The notes under the pieces are model-generated. The model was not told the origin of the DNA and did no database searches. It was given only the letters and a program-made list of their open reading frames with translations. 64,000 nt of DNA. Source: Nymphaea colorata (lineage: Eukaryota). Numbering within the stretch: position 1 is the first letter of the stretch; each line of letters opens with the position of its first letter. The stretch spans positions 15,190,001 to 15,254,000 of the forward strand of contig NC_045138.2 of NCBI RefSeq assembly GCF_008831285.2, written 5' to 3'. Position numbers and translations under genes: made by a program. Shown here one piece after another: positions 51,014 through 63,509 of this stretch.

Positions 51014-54000
51014 TTTTAAATATGTTTTTTGGGAATAAAAAATTTACAGCTCTTATAATATTGTCAAAAAAATTGATATTTTTTTATAGAAAATGATTTT
51101 ACTAAATCATGCTTTATATTAAGTGTTGATAGACATATTAGCATATTCATAGTCTATTAAAATATTTTTTTTAACGAACTTTGGTTTGTCTTTGATCTAT
51201 GCTCTAGGATATACCATTTTATATGAGCAAATGCGTGGGCTATACAAGCCTTTCTAAAAATCTTTCCAAAACTTAAACGACAAAGATTTGACTTAAAAGA
51301 GTCGTTTAAACAACAACAGTTGTCTTGTTGAGCGATGCCCTCCACCAAATCAGTTAATCTGTTTAAATCCCCAACAAAGATTTAAGCTCCAGCTTTCTTT
51401 CATAAACAGCGTCTTTCACGTGTGCCAGCAAGAATCCAACGTTTGAGACAAATTCTGCTCATTGTCTTTATAATAAATGAACTATCTACTAACAGAAGAA
51501 ATCCCTTTTCTCTTCTGTACCTTTTGACCATTACGGATGAAGGGCAGGCCATCTGAACATGATGATCTTGGCTCGAGTCCTAGCCTCTCCACGAGGCATT
51601 TTGAGCTTTCAATTGTGTCTGTCCAGGAAAAGAGGAAGAAGATACCATCTGTTGTGGAGTTTTTAGTTGACTAAAGAGCAAAATCACCCAACCATTTGAC
51701 AAACGAATGAAAATCCAATTTTATTCATTTTAGAGCAATACCTTCTCATCATCTGGAAATCAAGAAGAAGAAAGAAGGCAAACACTTAAGAAAACAATAG
51801 TTTATGTGGTCCTGAAAGATCAAGGTCTTTCCCCCGCTACACTGTCCATGCTGACCGCCCTGTTCAACGGATGCCATTTGATGGCAAATTAAGAATGGAA
51901 CGCACCTGTTCCGTTCTGAGGCGTTCCTGCACCATCAAACGACCTCCAATTTAAGAGATGCTGGTCATCTTTAAAATGTGAATTTAGAATTAGAGCAACA
52001 CCATATAAGTAAAAAATTACAACAATACATACAAAAAGGTGAAAGCCTATAAAATTAGAATCAGGCTCCACATTCCAACAATTGGTCGGTTTAGAATAAA
52101 TACCAAAGATCTTAGCAAGAAGAATAGGTGATAATCAAACATTTGCCACATGTCTTCTGTCGCCAATTACATCTTGCTTTGTCCTGTTCTCCATCAAGAT
52201 CTGGACTCGCTTTTTGGGGATGGAAACTACTCAAATTCTGCGAGGATGTTGGCCGTTGGGCCTAGTCCCAACAGTAAAAGTCTGCAAAGCTAGAAGAACA
52301 AATTGGTAATTTAAACAACTCCCCACTAAATACTGATCCCATGAAGCGAGAAAGCCTCATTCATCTCACACGTTTTTTTATGCCAAATGCCAAAATATGT
52401 CCACTGCCAGGACAAAAAGAGCTTTTCTCATCTGCGTAATGAACAACAATAAAAACAAGAAAACAGATGGGACTCAGGATTAGTGAATGCAGGGAATTTT
52501 CCTAGATCGTGACATTTGCATGTTGGATTCCACTTTCCAGACTTTGCCCATATGATATGCTTGCTTTTTCCCATCTCAATTCAATCCCCATGAATTTTTC
52601 TTCTCTGTATAAACTCTTGGTAAGGCAGTTTTCAAGAATACTGGCGCTTTTTTCGCCAATGAAGACGCACGCTGTGCTGACGGCAGTGCTGACGGCAGTG
52701 CTTCCTTCCCGGCCTATAGCGAAGCGTGCCAGAGAAGGGGCGCTACCATAATTACTGGGGTTGATTTAGCGGCAGTAATTTTATTTATACGGAAAACTGC
52801 GAGCAATAATACGACAGTAATTTTCTCCTAGTTTTTTTTTTTTGAATTGAGTTCAGCGAAATAAGTACAGATGTATCTAGACAGCCGTATTATGCAGCAA
52901 TCAAAGGAGAAGTAGAGAAAAACAGAAAGAAGAAGAAAAAACAGAACAAAATCTTTTTTTCTCAAAACCGTAATTAGATAGACCATACTGTCTAAGGCCT
53001 TCAGAAACAATGGGCGCTGGGCGCCTATCAAATAGATGTCCGCTATGCTCCATCGAAGAAGAGGAAAAATAGCACACTCGAAGAAAAAGAGGAACATTAT
53101 TGAAAATCAGCAGCAACAGCTCTTGCAGCACTGGGAGTCAGTTGAACTAATAAACCTGTAGGAAAGGAAGAATTACATTAGACGTGATTCGGTTCAACAG
53201 CTTATTTTAAACTTCCTTTGGTTAAGCAGATGGGGATATATCCCCTCCTTAAACCTCTTTTTGTCGATCTCTGTCTAACACAAGGAAATCACACCCAGGA
53301 CATGAGACTTCTGATATTCTCATCCTCAGGGCTTATGTCTGTTTAGGCTTGCGCACGGAATGATACTTGTGACATTTGAACTTTCATTATTTCTTTTCTG
53401 ACCGCTGAAGCCCAAGCTGTTGCACCTCTCTCTTTCCTCCTGGTAAACAAGCTTTCAGATGAAATGAGTAGTTGATCAGTTTAACAAGATGAGAAGAAAA
53501 AACAGAAAATCAAGAATTTGAGAGGTTAATTAAGGGAGAAACAAACAGTTATATTGACACTAACGATAACTATACACGTTCAATGCAAATAGGAAATTGA
53601 GTTCTAGATTGACCGTGTGACAAATTGAACGAAAGATGCACGTCCGTGTGCGTGTGTGTGCACGCTTGTATGCACATGTATGTGTGCTTGCACGAACGTG
53701 TATCTTGGATTTTTCCCTGGTGTAGCTTTTGTCATGGTTTGATAAGGAAACCAAGGCCACACGTATTGTCGCTAGATTCATTGCTAGGTATGACGGTGAA
53801 GCAAAATCTTGGTTGTCATTTTGCATATCTAGATATTCATTTTTCCATTTCGGGCATTCAATTAGTATCTCAAGTGGGCTCGACCTTGCACATGCCTTGT
53901 ATGCAGAAAAGAGGTGGGGCTGGTGATGGACTGTGACTTGGAAGTTACAGATTATCTTTCAGAACTTCTGACATCCAAGGAAATGCAGTTCCTCTGGCCT

Positions 54001-55970
54001 TCGGAGTATTTTCTGAAGTTACCCTTTAATCTGGTGTGTCTTAAGGCAGTTAGCATTGTGGGACGAGTGATGGCAGTCATGGTTGACATGCTTATGGGCA
54101 TCTTTCCTTGAAGAAGCTAATTAAGACTGTATATTTTTGAAATCCAGGAAGGAAGCTAGCATTGAGATTCCACTTAAGACAGGAGTTTGTTCAATTTCGA
54201 CCGAACATTACTGATATAATAAATCTTCAGGCCGCCTACTCAACAATTTTCATGGATCATGACACATATTTGTCCACCGTTTCTCTCTTAATGGCACTAG
54301 GTTTCTTTTTTGGTTCAACATCCAATGAAGGTAACTAGTATCATCATTTTCCTCCTTTCCGTTTACCTCTCTTCTTCATGTTCTGTTAAAGTTGTATAGG
54401 TGGCTGCTACACCCGCTGACCTAGCTAGAATATGTTGCGATTGTCAGCGCACTTAAATGGGGTGGCTAGTGGAGAAGGGTCCCCTCCTCTGAGTCACATA
54501 TAAAGAGTTGCGCATCTTCATTTTAGAAAGTAAAAATTTATACTTAAATTGTACTATTAGTCAAACCCATTCCTACTTAGAGAAACCATATAATAAAGGG
54601 GAAGGAGTCTCAATATACTTTTGAACATTAAACTCTGTATGGAATACAAGCCCCAAAGTGTAAACCAATACTTAGAATATACCCAGCTTTACCTCACTCG
54701 GTTCACTGAAATGACATAATCGGTTGCGTCATCCTGACCCCAAACTTTCAAACAACAACCATTCTTTGGCTTGTTAGCAACCTTTAACTTCAACTTAGAA
54801 TGGATCTACCTTTTGCGGCTTTTCTTCATTTGACAAGATGGAACCGACCTACAATAGGATCGTATCCTTCTTCTACTCATCTTGGTGATGAAAACCCTGC
54901 AGGCTTCCTGCGTATGATATATAAATTAACCACATGGGCGATGAGAAATTATCATGCCTGTGTAGTAGATTCCATGGGAAGCCTCTGGCTATGTTGGTGA
55001 TGGCCCAAGATTGGTTTCACTAGGTAAATCGGTGACGTTACAGAGAGTACTTGAGGATATGATAAGTGAAACTGGCACGAACTTGTAGTATTTTCTTCCT
55101 CTCTCGATTGACAAAGGGTAGGGTGCCTTCTTCTTTATGTTTACCATATACAGAACCAACTGTAAGTACTAACTATGTTGAAAGAGAAATGGCTGACATT
55201 TGTAATGATCCAAGAACACTACTTAATGGACCAAATCTTTAGATTATACCCATTATAATGTCATATTATTAAATCCGCTTCCAAAATTTTCTCTTTCAAC
55301 TATGGGGAAATTAAAGACACGCAGACCAGTTTTGAAATAATCTCTAATTTTTCTTTCTACATAGGGTTGAGTTCAAGGCTTATTATCCTTGAGATCATAA
55401 GCTTCACCTTCGTGTTCGTATTATCGTATATATACACTGCGCCCTATGGTTGCACCGTTGTCGACAATTAAGGCGATTCACGTAGGAGCTAAAAAGTGGG
55501 GCTTATTGTCATATGGCTTATGACTGGAATCAAAATGCACGCAAATATGGTTTTTAATTTTCAATCTATTCAATGCAGAGGCTGAATTCAAGCAGTTGAT
55601 AAACTTGGGTTAAAGGATAAATCTTGCCAAACTCGCGTTTCATTGACTTCATCAGTTTGAAGGTAGGAGGAGAAGGAGGAGCTGCACTTTTTCTCCTTTG
55701 GCCTATTCGGCAGAAATTTTTTGGCTCTAGCAAAGATAAGATTGAACGTTTTAACCAAAAGCAGTGGACCTTTTTGGTATGATATGATAGAGGATTCATT
55801 GGAAGCAGCCTAACTGAGAAGAAATCTAGAAAAAGCATACCCAACTTTTTTTATAATACAGGTTCATACCAAGTAAATGTGGTATTTCAAAAGCCCTTGT
55901 CTGATTTTTCTTTCAAGGTAAAGCAAGAAGGAGTTTTTTATTTCAACAACGAAAAGAACAAGTGGCAGAA

Positions 55971-56328
55971 AAGGGTTGGCAGTATATGGTTCGGCGGGGT
56001 TGTTAAACGAGCACTCACGATTCGGTTTTCATCCATTAATTTGTGGTGGATACCGGTTCTTCTTCATGCTTATGGGTCTAAATGGGTCGGTAAGATCTGA
56101 TTACTGACCTGAAAGGCTGAAACAATGAGATCTGCATATCAGATCTGAACAAAGTAGAAGTCCAAATCTAAATCTGGTTCCAATTTTGATTAAGGAAATT
56201 CATATTCCGGAGAACAGCTGCCAGGGGGTTAGGCCCCCAAACCTTTACTAATCAGAAATAGGAGATCCATATTAAATCCGGTATGATAAACCGCAAAACT
56301 GACTGAAATCGGACTCGTTTATCTACCT
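55971..56328. mobile_element. Possible degenerate hAT-like MITE upstream of the NHL cluster
   Basis: Ends AGGGTTGGCA ... TATCTACCTA with scattered GGATA/ATCTG/ATCCG/CGGTT motifs. Similar decayed tracts lie at about 50460-50760 and 58870-59195. Confidence 0.3.
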
Positions 56329-56576
56329 ATTCAAGCTGCTGATGTGCTTAATGGCAAAAAACAACAGTAGGCACAATAATAAATTTAATAATTTTTTGGA
56401 TGTGAATTTAATTTTGAAAAAGTCAGCCATATTTTTGCAAATAGCACAGTAAAGTTCTTCTTAATATTCAGTGCTTATTTATAGTCCTCTGCCTATCTTG
56501 CTCTCATTCATAAGCTCTACCATACAATTGACTTCTACTCCCAGATCTCATTTCTGCATCTTCAAACCAAGCAAAG

Positions 56577-57269
56577 ATGCTGAAAGAGCTCCTTCCGGTC
56601 ACAAGCATATCATCGAAAAAGGGCCGAAACCATGGCAAGGATGCTCCTCTTCCACAGCCCTTCCCCAGCCACAGTTCATGTTGGTGGAACTGCATCATGC
56701 TCTTGGCATCAATGGCCATACTGGCAATGTTGGTGGCACTGACCAAGATCACTCTTCAACATAACCCACATAAACTCCTCCCTAGCTTCTTGGTTACCTC
56801 TGCTCATGTTGATCCTTTCAAAATTACAGACAATTATCTAACAGCAAGATGGAATGTGTCGGTCTTTGTTGATAATGGATATGGAAGAACAGGCATCTGC
56901 TATGACATGCTGTCTGCTACCATGTTCTATGAAGAGAAGGCTCTAGCGGTGAGCTTGGTGGCTCCCTTCTACCAGAGGAAGAACAGCGTTGCAAATTTGA
57001 CAGTGAGTTTTGCAGCAGAGTCATGGCGTCTCGAAGAGGATTTGGCTGGTAAGATGCTGAATTGTTTGATGGATGGGATGCTGGAGTTCAGTTTACAGTT
57101 CGTTGCTCGAGTTCGATTTGGTGATAATCGGGATGCAGAGCCTAGTGAAGTCACAGTCTCATGTGATGGCATAAAGCTCGATCGGGGTCTGGGGAGTCTT
57201 TCAGAGCCATCGACATGCAAGGTGCAGGAAGGACTTACTCTTCTTCTTCCCTTCTGGTTGCACATCTAG
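56577..57269 (+). CDS. NDR1/HIN1-like (LEA_2 domain) membrane protein, intronless, 230 aa, divergent
   Basis: TM helix CIMLLASMAILAMLVAL, then LPSFLV, LTARWNVSVFVDN, GICYD, APFYQ and V.VSC...C near the C-terminus. TATA-like TATTTATA at about 56476. Confidence 0.82.
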   Translation: MLKELLPVTSISSKKGRNHGKDAPLPQPFPSHSSCWWNCIMLLASMAILAMLVALTKITLQHNPHKLLPSFLVTSAHVDPFKITDNYLTARWNVSVFVDNGYGRTGICYDMLSATMFYEEKALAVSLVAPFYQRKNSVANLTVSFAAESWRLEEDLAGKMLNCLMDGMLEFSLQFVARVRFGDNRDAEPSEVTVSCDGIKLDRGLGSLSEPSTCKVQEGLTLLLPFWLHI

Positions 57270-58003
57270 GATAGTCTTGATGCTGCCATTATCAAGATCA
57301 TATAGAAAAGTAATTATCAGAGTATAACTACTAGTCAGTCGATCTGTGAGTTGATAGGAGCTTCAGCCGGAGACAAGGAAATGATTATTTTTGTTAGGAG
57401 GAGGTTCCTGTTATATATTGTGCCATCTCGCTCTTCTTCTCTCTGTTTGTTCTTTATAGTTCCTATCAATAAGTTAGCCGATAATTGTGAAGGACACACT
57501 CACAAGTTTTGTCCTAGATAAGCTAAATGTCACAACATTCAGATAACGTGGGGTTTTAAACTAGCATTGGTCCAGAATAAAGGGGATTGATTCGCAGATT
57601 CAATCCAAGTAGTCAAAAGAAGCCCCCTACAATGACAAAAATGTAAAGAAAAAACGAAAAATACTTTTTTTTTTTCCGGAACTATCTTTGCGAAGATAGA
57701 AAAAAAAAATCCGCAAACTAAAAAGTAAACTAGTCGTGCCGAATTCGATCTTCGCACATTGAGTCGACTTTGCATCAGGTTCAAGATATAATTTGGCTTC
57801 TTTTAAATGTAAATGTATGGACCACATTTTGGCATATGGCGCATATACAGCTGTAACGCTCAGACAGCTTCACGCTTTTCTATAGACTAACTCTAGTAGA
57901 TCCAAGCATATCTTTTCTTTTGTTGTAAAGAAAAACTGGCGATTCGAAAGAGGTCAAAACTGCTTTGTTTTTTCCTTATTACTTTCGTGTTGAGAGTATT
58001 TTG

Positions 58004-58137
58004 AGACTGGGTAGAAAGTATGACACTTGTCAATTAGAGTGCTACCATTTACAGTTTAAAAAAAAAGACTTGGGTAGAAAGCATGACACTTGTCAATTAG
58101 AGTGCAATGTATCTATCATTTACAGTTTAAAAAAAAT
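58004..58137. repeat. Tandem duplication, period about 62 bp
   Basis: GACT(T)GGGTAGAAAG.ATGACACTTGTCAATTAGAGTGC...CATTTACAGTTTAAAAAAAA occurs twice. Confidence 0.85.
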
Positions 58138-58290
58138 AGCACCCACAAAAAAAAAAAAAAAAAAAACTGAGCATCTCAAAATTTGAAAATAAGGCAAAAA
58201 TACTATTTAAGGTTCCGATCCAAATGTACTTGACTCGAGCCAAACCCACCAAGATAATCTACTCGTGCAAAGGCTACCTGGCTACGTCAT

Positions 58291-58416
58291 CAGTGGTGGA
58301 GCTAGGTGCCTAACCGTGCAGGCAGCTGCCAACACAAATCCATATCCATTCAATTTCAACAGCGAGCAAAAATTTTATAGCTGCCTCTCTACTAAAAATT
58401 TCTGACTCCGTCTCCG
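58291..58416. mobile_element. Possible short CAGTGGCGGAGC-type TIR MITE remnant
   Basis: CAGTGGTGGAGCTAGG ... TCTGACTCCGTCTCCG is a 9/16 inverted match. A similar left end (CAATGGCGGAGCTAAG) lies at about 12153. Confidence 0.3.
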
Positions 58417-59836
58417 ATCGAGATGGCGCACCTACTTTCGTGTACGCCCATTACTTATTGATAACTATGAAATAACTGGCTTCATAAAGCTATGGAATCA
58501 ATACTAGGACATTTGCTTTATGAGTGAGCATGTTCCGGGCTCATCTGGATCCAACCTCCATCGATCATGATACGTTGGGAGAGAAGGCAGTGAAGGAGCC
58601 AGATTCATGACCCTGAGAAATGGTTGTAAGATTCATTGCTTCTGTTCGTTCCGGGTCAATTATTTCAAGGCCAAGGAAACGGGATGGTCCAATATGACCA
58701 CTTGTGCATAATATCATAGCAAGGGGCTCTGTACCTTGCTAAAGCTTATCATTTAATTGTGAGTTGCTGGCTCATGTTATGGATATGCAACTCGCATTCC
58801 TACCATCATGCTTGTGTGCCTAAAAGGAAGTCGGACGTCTTAAGTTAGTACGTACAAATTCGATTCGAAATAGGGAACTTAATCGATTGGATTTGAATCA
58901 GATGTATTCTTTAGCGCATTTGTTTTAGCATATATTCACATATTCAAATTCAAATATGATTGAAAAAGTATATATGTATAGGTTTACAATATCTGAACAC
59001 AAATTTTCAATCCAAATATTCTTAAATTCACATCCAAATCCAAATCTCACTTTTTTAACTGAATCCAAACTGCAATAGAATATGTCAAGGACCAACTTTT
59101 AACTGGGTTGAAGTTAGGTATATGTTTTTTTTATATATTTTTTTTATTTAAAGCTAGTTAAATCTGAATCTGATCAGATGTTTACTTAAGCCTGAACAGT
59201 GGCAGTGGAATTGTGATGTGCATGCCTTCTTAAACCCAGGTTGCAACTAAACGCCTTGCGCTAGTTATAATCTTTTTCATAAAAAAAAATGACGCAAATC
59301 CAATTGAAGATTTCCCGTTCCAACAACATGAACCTTATTTATTTGGCAAATGGTGATTTTGATTTATTTACCATAAAAAGAAAGTACATTTTCCAGGTTA
59401 GCATCCGTCCATTTCAGTTCCTTTTTTCCCTTTAAACGTCATTTCATGATTTCAGCTATAATTTTGGGAGCAACTATTTCAAGATCTGGATATATAACTA
59501 CGGTCTTGGAACCTTCCTCGTTTGATTGCGAACCGGTGGTTTTCTTTCTCCCTTTCTGACGAATCTAAAGTTTCCCCAATTTTTGGGAAAGAAGGATGTT
59601 CCGTCTCTCCCATTGTAGGATATCCCAAGTCCACCAATTTTCAGAAAATCGGACTGTTTGTCTCTCCCTTCTAGCGACCACAGTGGGAGAAGAAGAGCCA
59701 ACGGCTTGCTCATAGCGGTCTAAATTTCCTTGCATCCCAGTTTCTGCTTCTTCTTCCTCTCAAATAAGGAGGCCATACAACTTTTCGCCGGAAAAGCGCT
59801 TCTCTCGCGCTTCCGACTGCCGGAGAAACCAAAAAG

Positions 59837-60520
59837 ATGGCAGAGTATGCACAGCCTGCCACGGGCTGTGCACAGCAGGAGTCATACGCCGCCACTGCGT
59901 ATCAGCGGCTGTCGCATCATCATCATCCTCATACAATCACCTCCTGCGCATTCATATTCTCTACCTTGATGGCCTTAATCGTGACCAGTATCTTTGTCGT
60001 ACTATTCATCTTGTTGATCATCTTCCGTCTCCAACTCCCCGATTTCTCTGTCACTCACGCCACTATCTCCTTTTCCAACTCCTCTGGGAACCAATTGACG
60101 GCCAACTGGGATGTGAACGTCACCATCTTCAATGGGAACAAGCACTTGGGAGTCAACTATCAGTACGTCACGGCCGCCATTGGCAATAAGGACGACCCTT
60201 TGGCCAACACATCCCTCCCTCCACTCTACCAGAGGAAGCAGAACACTACCACCATCTCTTTCCACATTGTCATCCACTTCGGCAGCAAATCGATGAAAGT
60301 CTCCGAATCGAAGGCAAGCCAGTTAAAAACTAAGTCCGCTCCAAGTGATGGTATGGCTTATTTCGACATGCAGTTGCAGTCGGCAATGCAGTAAAAATCC
60401 GGCCGGTGGCGTACCCTGAAGGTTTACTGTGAAGGATTGGAGATTGATTGGGCCTCCTCAGGAGACGATCTGGGTTTCGGAAGATTGAAGTCAGTTCACC
60501 AGTGTGCCACTCATCGTTGA
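59837..60520 (+). pseudogene. NDR1/HIN1-like gene with one premature stop (TAA 60392-60394); paralogue of the 62425 gene
   Basis: The 185-aa ORF stops at ...FDMQLQSAMQ*. The same frame continues KSGRWRTLKVYCEGLEIDWASSGDDLGFGRLKSVHQCATHR* (TGA 60518-60520). This matches QFKSRKWTTRWRTLRILCENVEIDWTTSGSNPAVGRLKSAGRCLAYH* of the neighbouring gene. Confidence 0.8.
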
Positions 60521-62424
60521 GTTTGAGGCCCTTCAACTCCCCTGTTTCTAGCTCTCCATGTAAATTTTTTGAGTTAACCACAAACTTATCATGATTGTAC
60601 GTTGAGGGGATTCAATTCATTTTTTTGATGCAGGAATTGAGATCAACCTGACGCAGGATGGTCAAATCATTAACATCTTTTATGATAGATGAAAATTATG
60701 GTGCTTTTAGCTACAAATTTTAATCATTTGGCCATCTATCGAGTGACATCAGGCGGCTGCAATACTTGTCGTTGAATTAACCTGCTGAATATTCATATAG
60801 TGCCATGCAAAATTATGCAAACTTTACAGGTAGAAACTTTCCAGTTATCAAATTAAATTGATCGGAGATGCATAGGCCTCATTCACATAAAAAATGTGCG
60901 AGTGTAAAAATGCTTCAAAAAATGTCGGCAAATTTGGATCTAATATCTCTTCCGAGTAAGTTGGTAACCACATTATGAATCATCAACCCCTGTATCTGCA
61001 TTTTGGTTAAATGGGTGACACTGTAATGGAATAGTATGTAATGGAATAGTATATTAACACTGAGATTAGCAGCAGGCAATATAAAAAATCATGATCCTGA
61101 CTGGCCCTGTATCTAGCAGCTATAAAAACATCAGCATTGCCACGCTTGACATGAGCAAGGTAAGGCGTTATTTGTGTCAGTGTTCTGCCATGTGGAACAT
61201 TCTGCCATACGGTAAGAACAACAAGAGAGTATTTGATAAAAATATTTAGGACTGTGTTCTTCAAACACGCGTTTCCAAAACACTTATTTCATGAGCACCA
61301 TGTTCTTATTTTTGAAAATATGGCGTAATTATATCTTATACTTGATTATTGAATCTAAGAACAACATCCATAATTAGACCTAAACTGCAGCGTTTTGGGA
61401 ACATATGCTTTGAGAACATGTATTTTAAGTAGGCAATATTCTTCTCGTTGAACACTCTCTAAAGATTGGAACACTAAAATGTGGGAGGCATGTGATGCGG
61501 CTGCGAGAATAAAGAATCAAAATTAACAACCAGTACATGCTTTGACCGATCAAGTGTTCCGGATTGTATACATCAGCTCACATGACGCTTGGTCATGTCA
61601 CCTTACCATCAAAACAAATCACTAATTTAGAGGTGGTTCGGTTGCTGAAACAAGTATCTGAAACTGAACATCTTGTTCTGCACTTACAAGGTGGCTAGGT
61701 GAGAGGTGAAATGCACAAAAAGTAATGACTACTTTGGTGTCCATTGCTGGATACAGCACGCCGAAACAGGACACCATGTTCATGACATCTTTGGTGGTCG
61801 TCGTCTTGCTTGCGCAGTTTTGGTGAAATGCGTTGGGAGGACAACCTGAGCCTGAAAGGATGCAGCTATCAGACCCTCCCCAGGTTGTAACTGTACAACT
61901 ATAACTTCGCACTTCCAGCTCCGAGTTGAGTCAAAAGCGAGCAAATCCCGTTGGACATTTTCCCATTCCAGCCAAGTCAATCTTGATAATTAGGCAGAAC
62001 GATGATCTTGAATCTTAACGCGCTTTCTGCCATAAAGATATAACATTTTCCAGGTTGGGATCGCCTCCTTTTTAGGCCTCCTTCCGACGCCTTCGCTACC
62101 AAGAGAAACATCATTTCAAGATATCAGTTATTAGGATTTTTGGAGAAACTACGATCTGTGGATCTCGATAACTATGGTTTTAGGACCTTCTTTGTTTGAT
62201 GGTTTTCTGTTTTTCTCCTTTTCTAGGAAATTTACTGTTACCTATTTTTGGGAAACGGAAACCGAGATATAGTTCCCCTCCCTCTGCTCTCTGCTGTTCT
62301 TAAATTTCCTATATTCCTTGCCTCCTTGGGGCCCAGTTTCCGCTTGTTCTTCCTCTCAAAAAAAGAGGGGGACATACAGCTTTTGGCCGGGAAAGGGCTC
62401 CCCGGCGGGCGGAGAAGCAGAAAG

Positions 62425-63153
62425 ATGGCGGGGTACGGAATGCCCGCCGCGGGCTATCCACCTCAGTGTTCGCACCCCTCCGCTGCGTGTTCTCCGCCTC
62501 CGTATTACCCTCCTTATCCACCTCCCCAGCCCGATCAGACATACTACTATGGCGCCGCCGCCGGTGGCAACCGTCACCGCACCTTTTTCCAGTGCTTGAT
62601 ATTATGCGCGACCACCATCTTCGTCGTGCTGAGCATTATTAGCTTCATCTTCTGGATCGTCTTCCGCCCTCAACTCCCGGATTTCTCTGTCACCGACGTC
62701 ACTGTCTCCGGCTTCAACTTCTCTGGGAACGAATTATCGGCCAATTGGGACGTGAATGTCACCGCCTTTAATGGCAACAAGAAGTTGAGAGTCAACTATG
62801 ACTTCAACAAGGCCGCCATCTACTACGAAGGCGAGGTTTTGGCCGTCACTTCCCTTCCCCCTTTCTACCAGGACACGCAGACGACTACCACCATCCCTGT
62901 CCACCTCGCCACCGCCTCGACGTTTCTATCCGACTTCACATCAAACCAGCTAAAGTCCTCCCGAAGCAATGGGGAGGCTTCTTTCGATATCCAGCTGCGG
63001 TTCGGTTTGCAGTTCAAGTCCCGCAAGTGGACGACTCGGTGGCGTACTCTGAGGATTTTATGCGAGAATGTGGAGATCGATTGGACCACCTCAGGAAGCA
63101 ACCCGGCCGTCGGAAGATTGAAATCAGCCGGCCGGTGTCTCGCGTATCATTGA
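62425..63153 (+). CDS. NDR1/HIN1-like (LEA_2; NHL10/YLS9-like) protein, intronless, 242 aa
   Basis: Start context AAAGATGG, equivalent to 59837. Pro/Tyr-rich N-terminus, TM helix CLILCATTIFVVLSIISFIFWIVF, then RPQLPDFSV, WDVNVTAFNGNKKLRVNYD, LPPFYQ and a C-terminal Cys pair. Confidence 0.88.
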   Translation: MAGYGMPAAGYPPQCSHPSAACSPPPYYPPYPPPQPDQTYYYGAAAGGNRHRTFFQCLILCATTIFVVLSIISFIFWIVFRPQLPDFSVTDVTVSGFNFSGNELSANWDVNVTAFNGNKKLRVNYDFNKAAIYYEGEVLAVTSLPPFYQDTQTTTTIPVHLATASTFLSDFTSNQLKSSRSNGEASFDIQLRFGLQFKSRKWTTRWRTLRILCENVEIDWTTSGSNPAVGRLKSAGRCLAYH

Positions 63154-63449
63154 GCGTGATGCCCTTCTCATCCTCTGTTTCTTCTGATCTTTTGCTTAGT
63201 AACTGCTTCGGAAAATGTACAGAATCACGAATTAGCAGGGCTGTGCTGCAAATTCTTGTACCATTCGTTGGTTGTGTTGAGTTCCTTCGTTAAACCAGCG
63301 ATGGCAATGAATAAGTTCGAGATAATGGGGAAAATGAATGAGAGAAGAGAAGATTCAGATATTCATCGTATATATAGCAGCATTTGTGAATAGTACAAAA
63401 AGAACGATATCTGCGATTGTTTTATTCAAACTTAAAATTTAAATCTTTA

Positions 63450-63451
<2 letters not shown>

Positions 63452-63508
<57 letters not shown>
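63452..63508. repeat. (AT)n microsatellite
   Basis: Directly visible in the sequence. Confidence 0.95.

Positions 63509-63509
<1 letters not shown>

Noticed and set aside
52660..52830. GTGCTGACGGCA duplication and GGCAGTAATT-like motifs suggesting a CACTA or Mutator end
   Set aside because: No terminal inverted repeat or TSD could be defined.
53700..54111. Coding-like stretch (YLKWARPCTCLVCRKEVGLVMDCDLEV...)
   Set aside because: No recognisable family, exon chain or start context; possibly a gene or TE fragment that needs BLASTx.
61622..61980. Minus-strand ORFs between the NHL genes
   Set aside because: Non-AUG or weak starts, no recognisable motif and no splice-consistent model.
62248..62424. 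59-aa N-terminal extension of the last NHL given in the ORF track
   Set aside because: It starts at TTG and overlaps the TATA/leader region shared with the 59837 paralogue. ATG 62425 has strong context and matches the paralogue's start.
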